The translations under genes were made by a program, and so were the position numbers. From the NCBI GenBank assembly GCA_030536665.1, contig JAUNPO010000002.1:1-56677 (forward strand): a stretch of 56,677 nucleotides of DNA. Reading direction: 5' to 3'. Positions 56,655 through 56,677 of this stretch are shown here, in pieces (position 1 is the stretch's first letter; each line of letters opens with the position of its first letter). The notes beneath the pieces were generated by a model. That model was given only the letters and a program-made list of their open reading frames with translations. It was not told the DNA's origin and searched no databases. This DNA comes from Pseudomonadota bacterium. GTDB lineage: Bacteria; Pseudomonadota; Alphaproteobacteria; RF32; CAG-239.

Positions 56655-56677
56655 TTTATCATTAACAGGAAGTGTTT

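Overview
The window looks like a mostly housekeeping chromosomal segment of a moderate-GC Gram-negative genome. Its gene content and order point to an alphaproteobacterium (ATP12, DUF2336, DUF3108, YcgN, a PNPIDV-type XRE regulator, and rpmH-rnpA-yidD-yidC-yihA without dnaA). This taxonomic call is inference only.

I can support about 57 protein-coding genes:
- Replication and RNA modification: rarA, an RluC-like pseudouridine synthase, miaA, dnaB.
- Cell envelope and shape: an AsmA-family protein, ddl, a complete mreB-mreC-mreD-mrdA-rodA block, and a tightly packed murJ-DUF2333-nfu-Bax-like operon.
- Signalling: gloB coupled to a GAF/HD-GYP gene that is broken by a frameshift, followed by a DUF2336 gene.
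- Other recognisable genes: a short ATP12, acyP, a U32 peptidase with DUF3108, a BI-1/YccA protein, a DUF45-ycgN-ycgN operon, rpmB, yqaA, cstA, a porin, an HSL-type esterase, a MATE pump, a ybhGFSR-like HlyD/ABC/ABC-2 exporter, an LTA-synthase-like sulfatase and a long membrane pyrophosphatase.
- RNA genes: tRNA-Arg(CCG) and tRNA-Trp(CCA). rpmH is real but too short to appear in the ORF track.

I saw no rRNA, CRISPR array, transposase, integrase or recognisable defence system, and no convincing multi-gene novel system.

The best candidates for something undescribed are small:
1. A promoter-to-terminator structured RNA of about 270 nt directly upstream of the XRE regulator. It carries a uORF that runs through the terminator and ends on the regulator's start codon.
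2. Tandem ycgN paralogs plus DUF45, divergent from a Cys/His-rich orphan.
3. Remnants of tRNA 3' ends 175-178 bp downstream of both tRNAs, resembling att-site scars.
4. A repeat and long-hairpin element downstream of rodA.

All coordinates, repeat identities and hairpins were worked out by hand from the sequence. No database search was possible.
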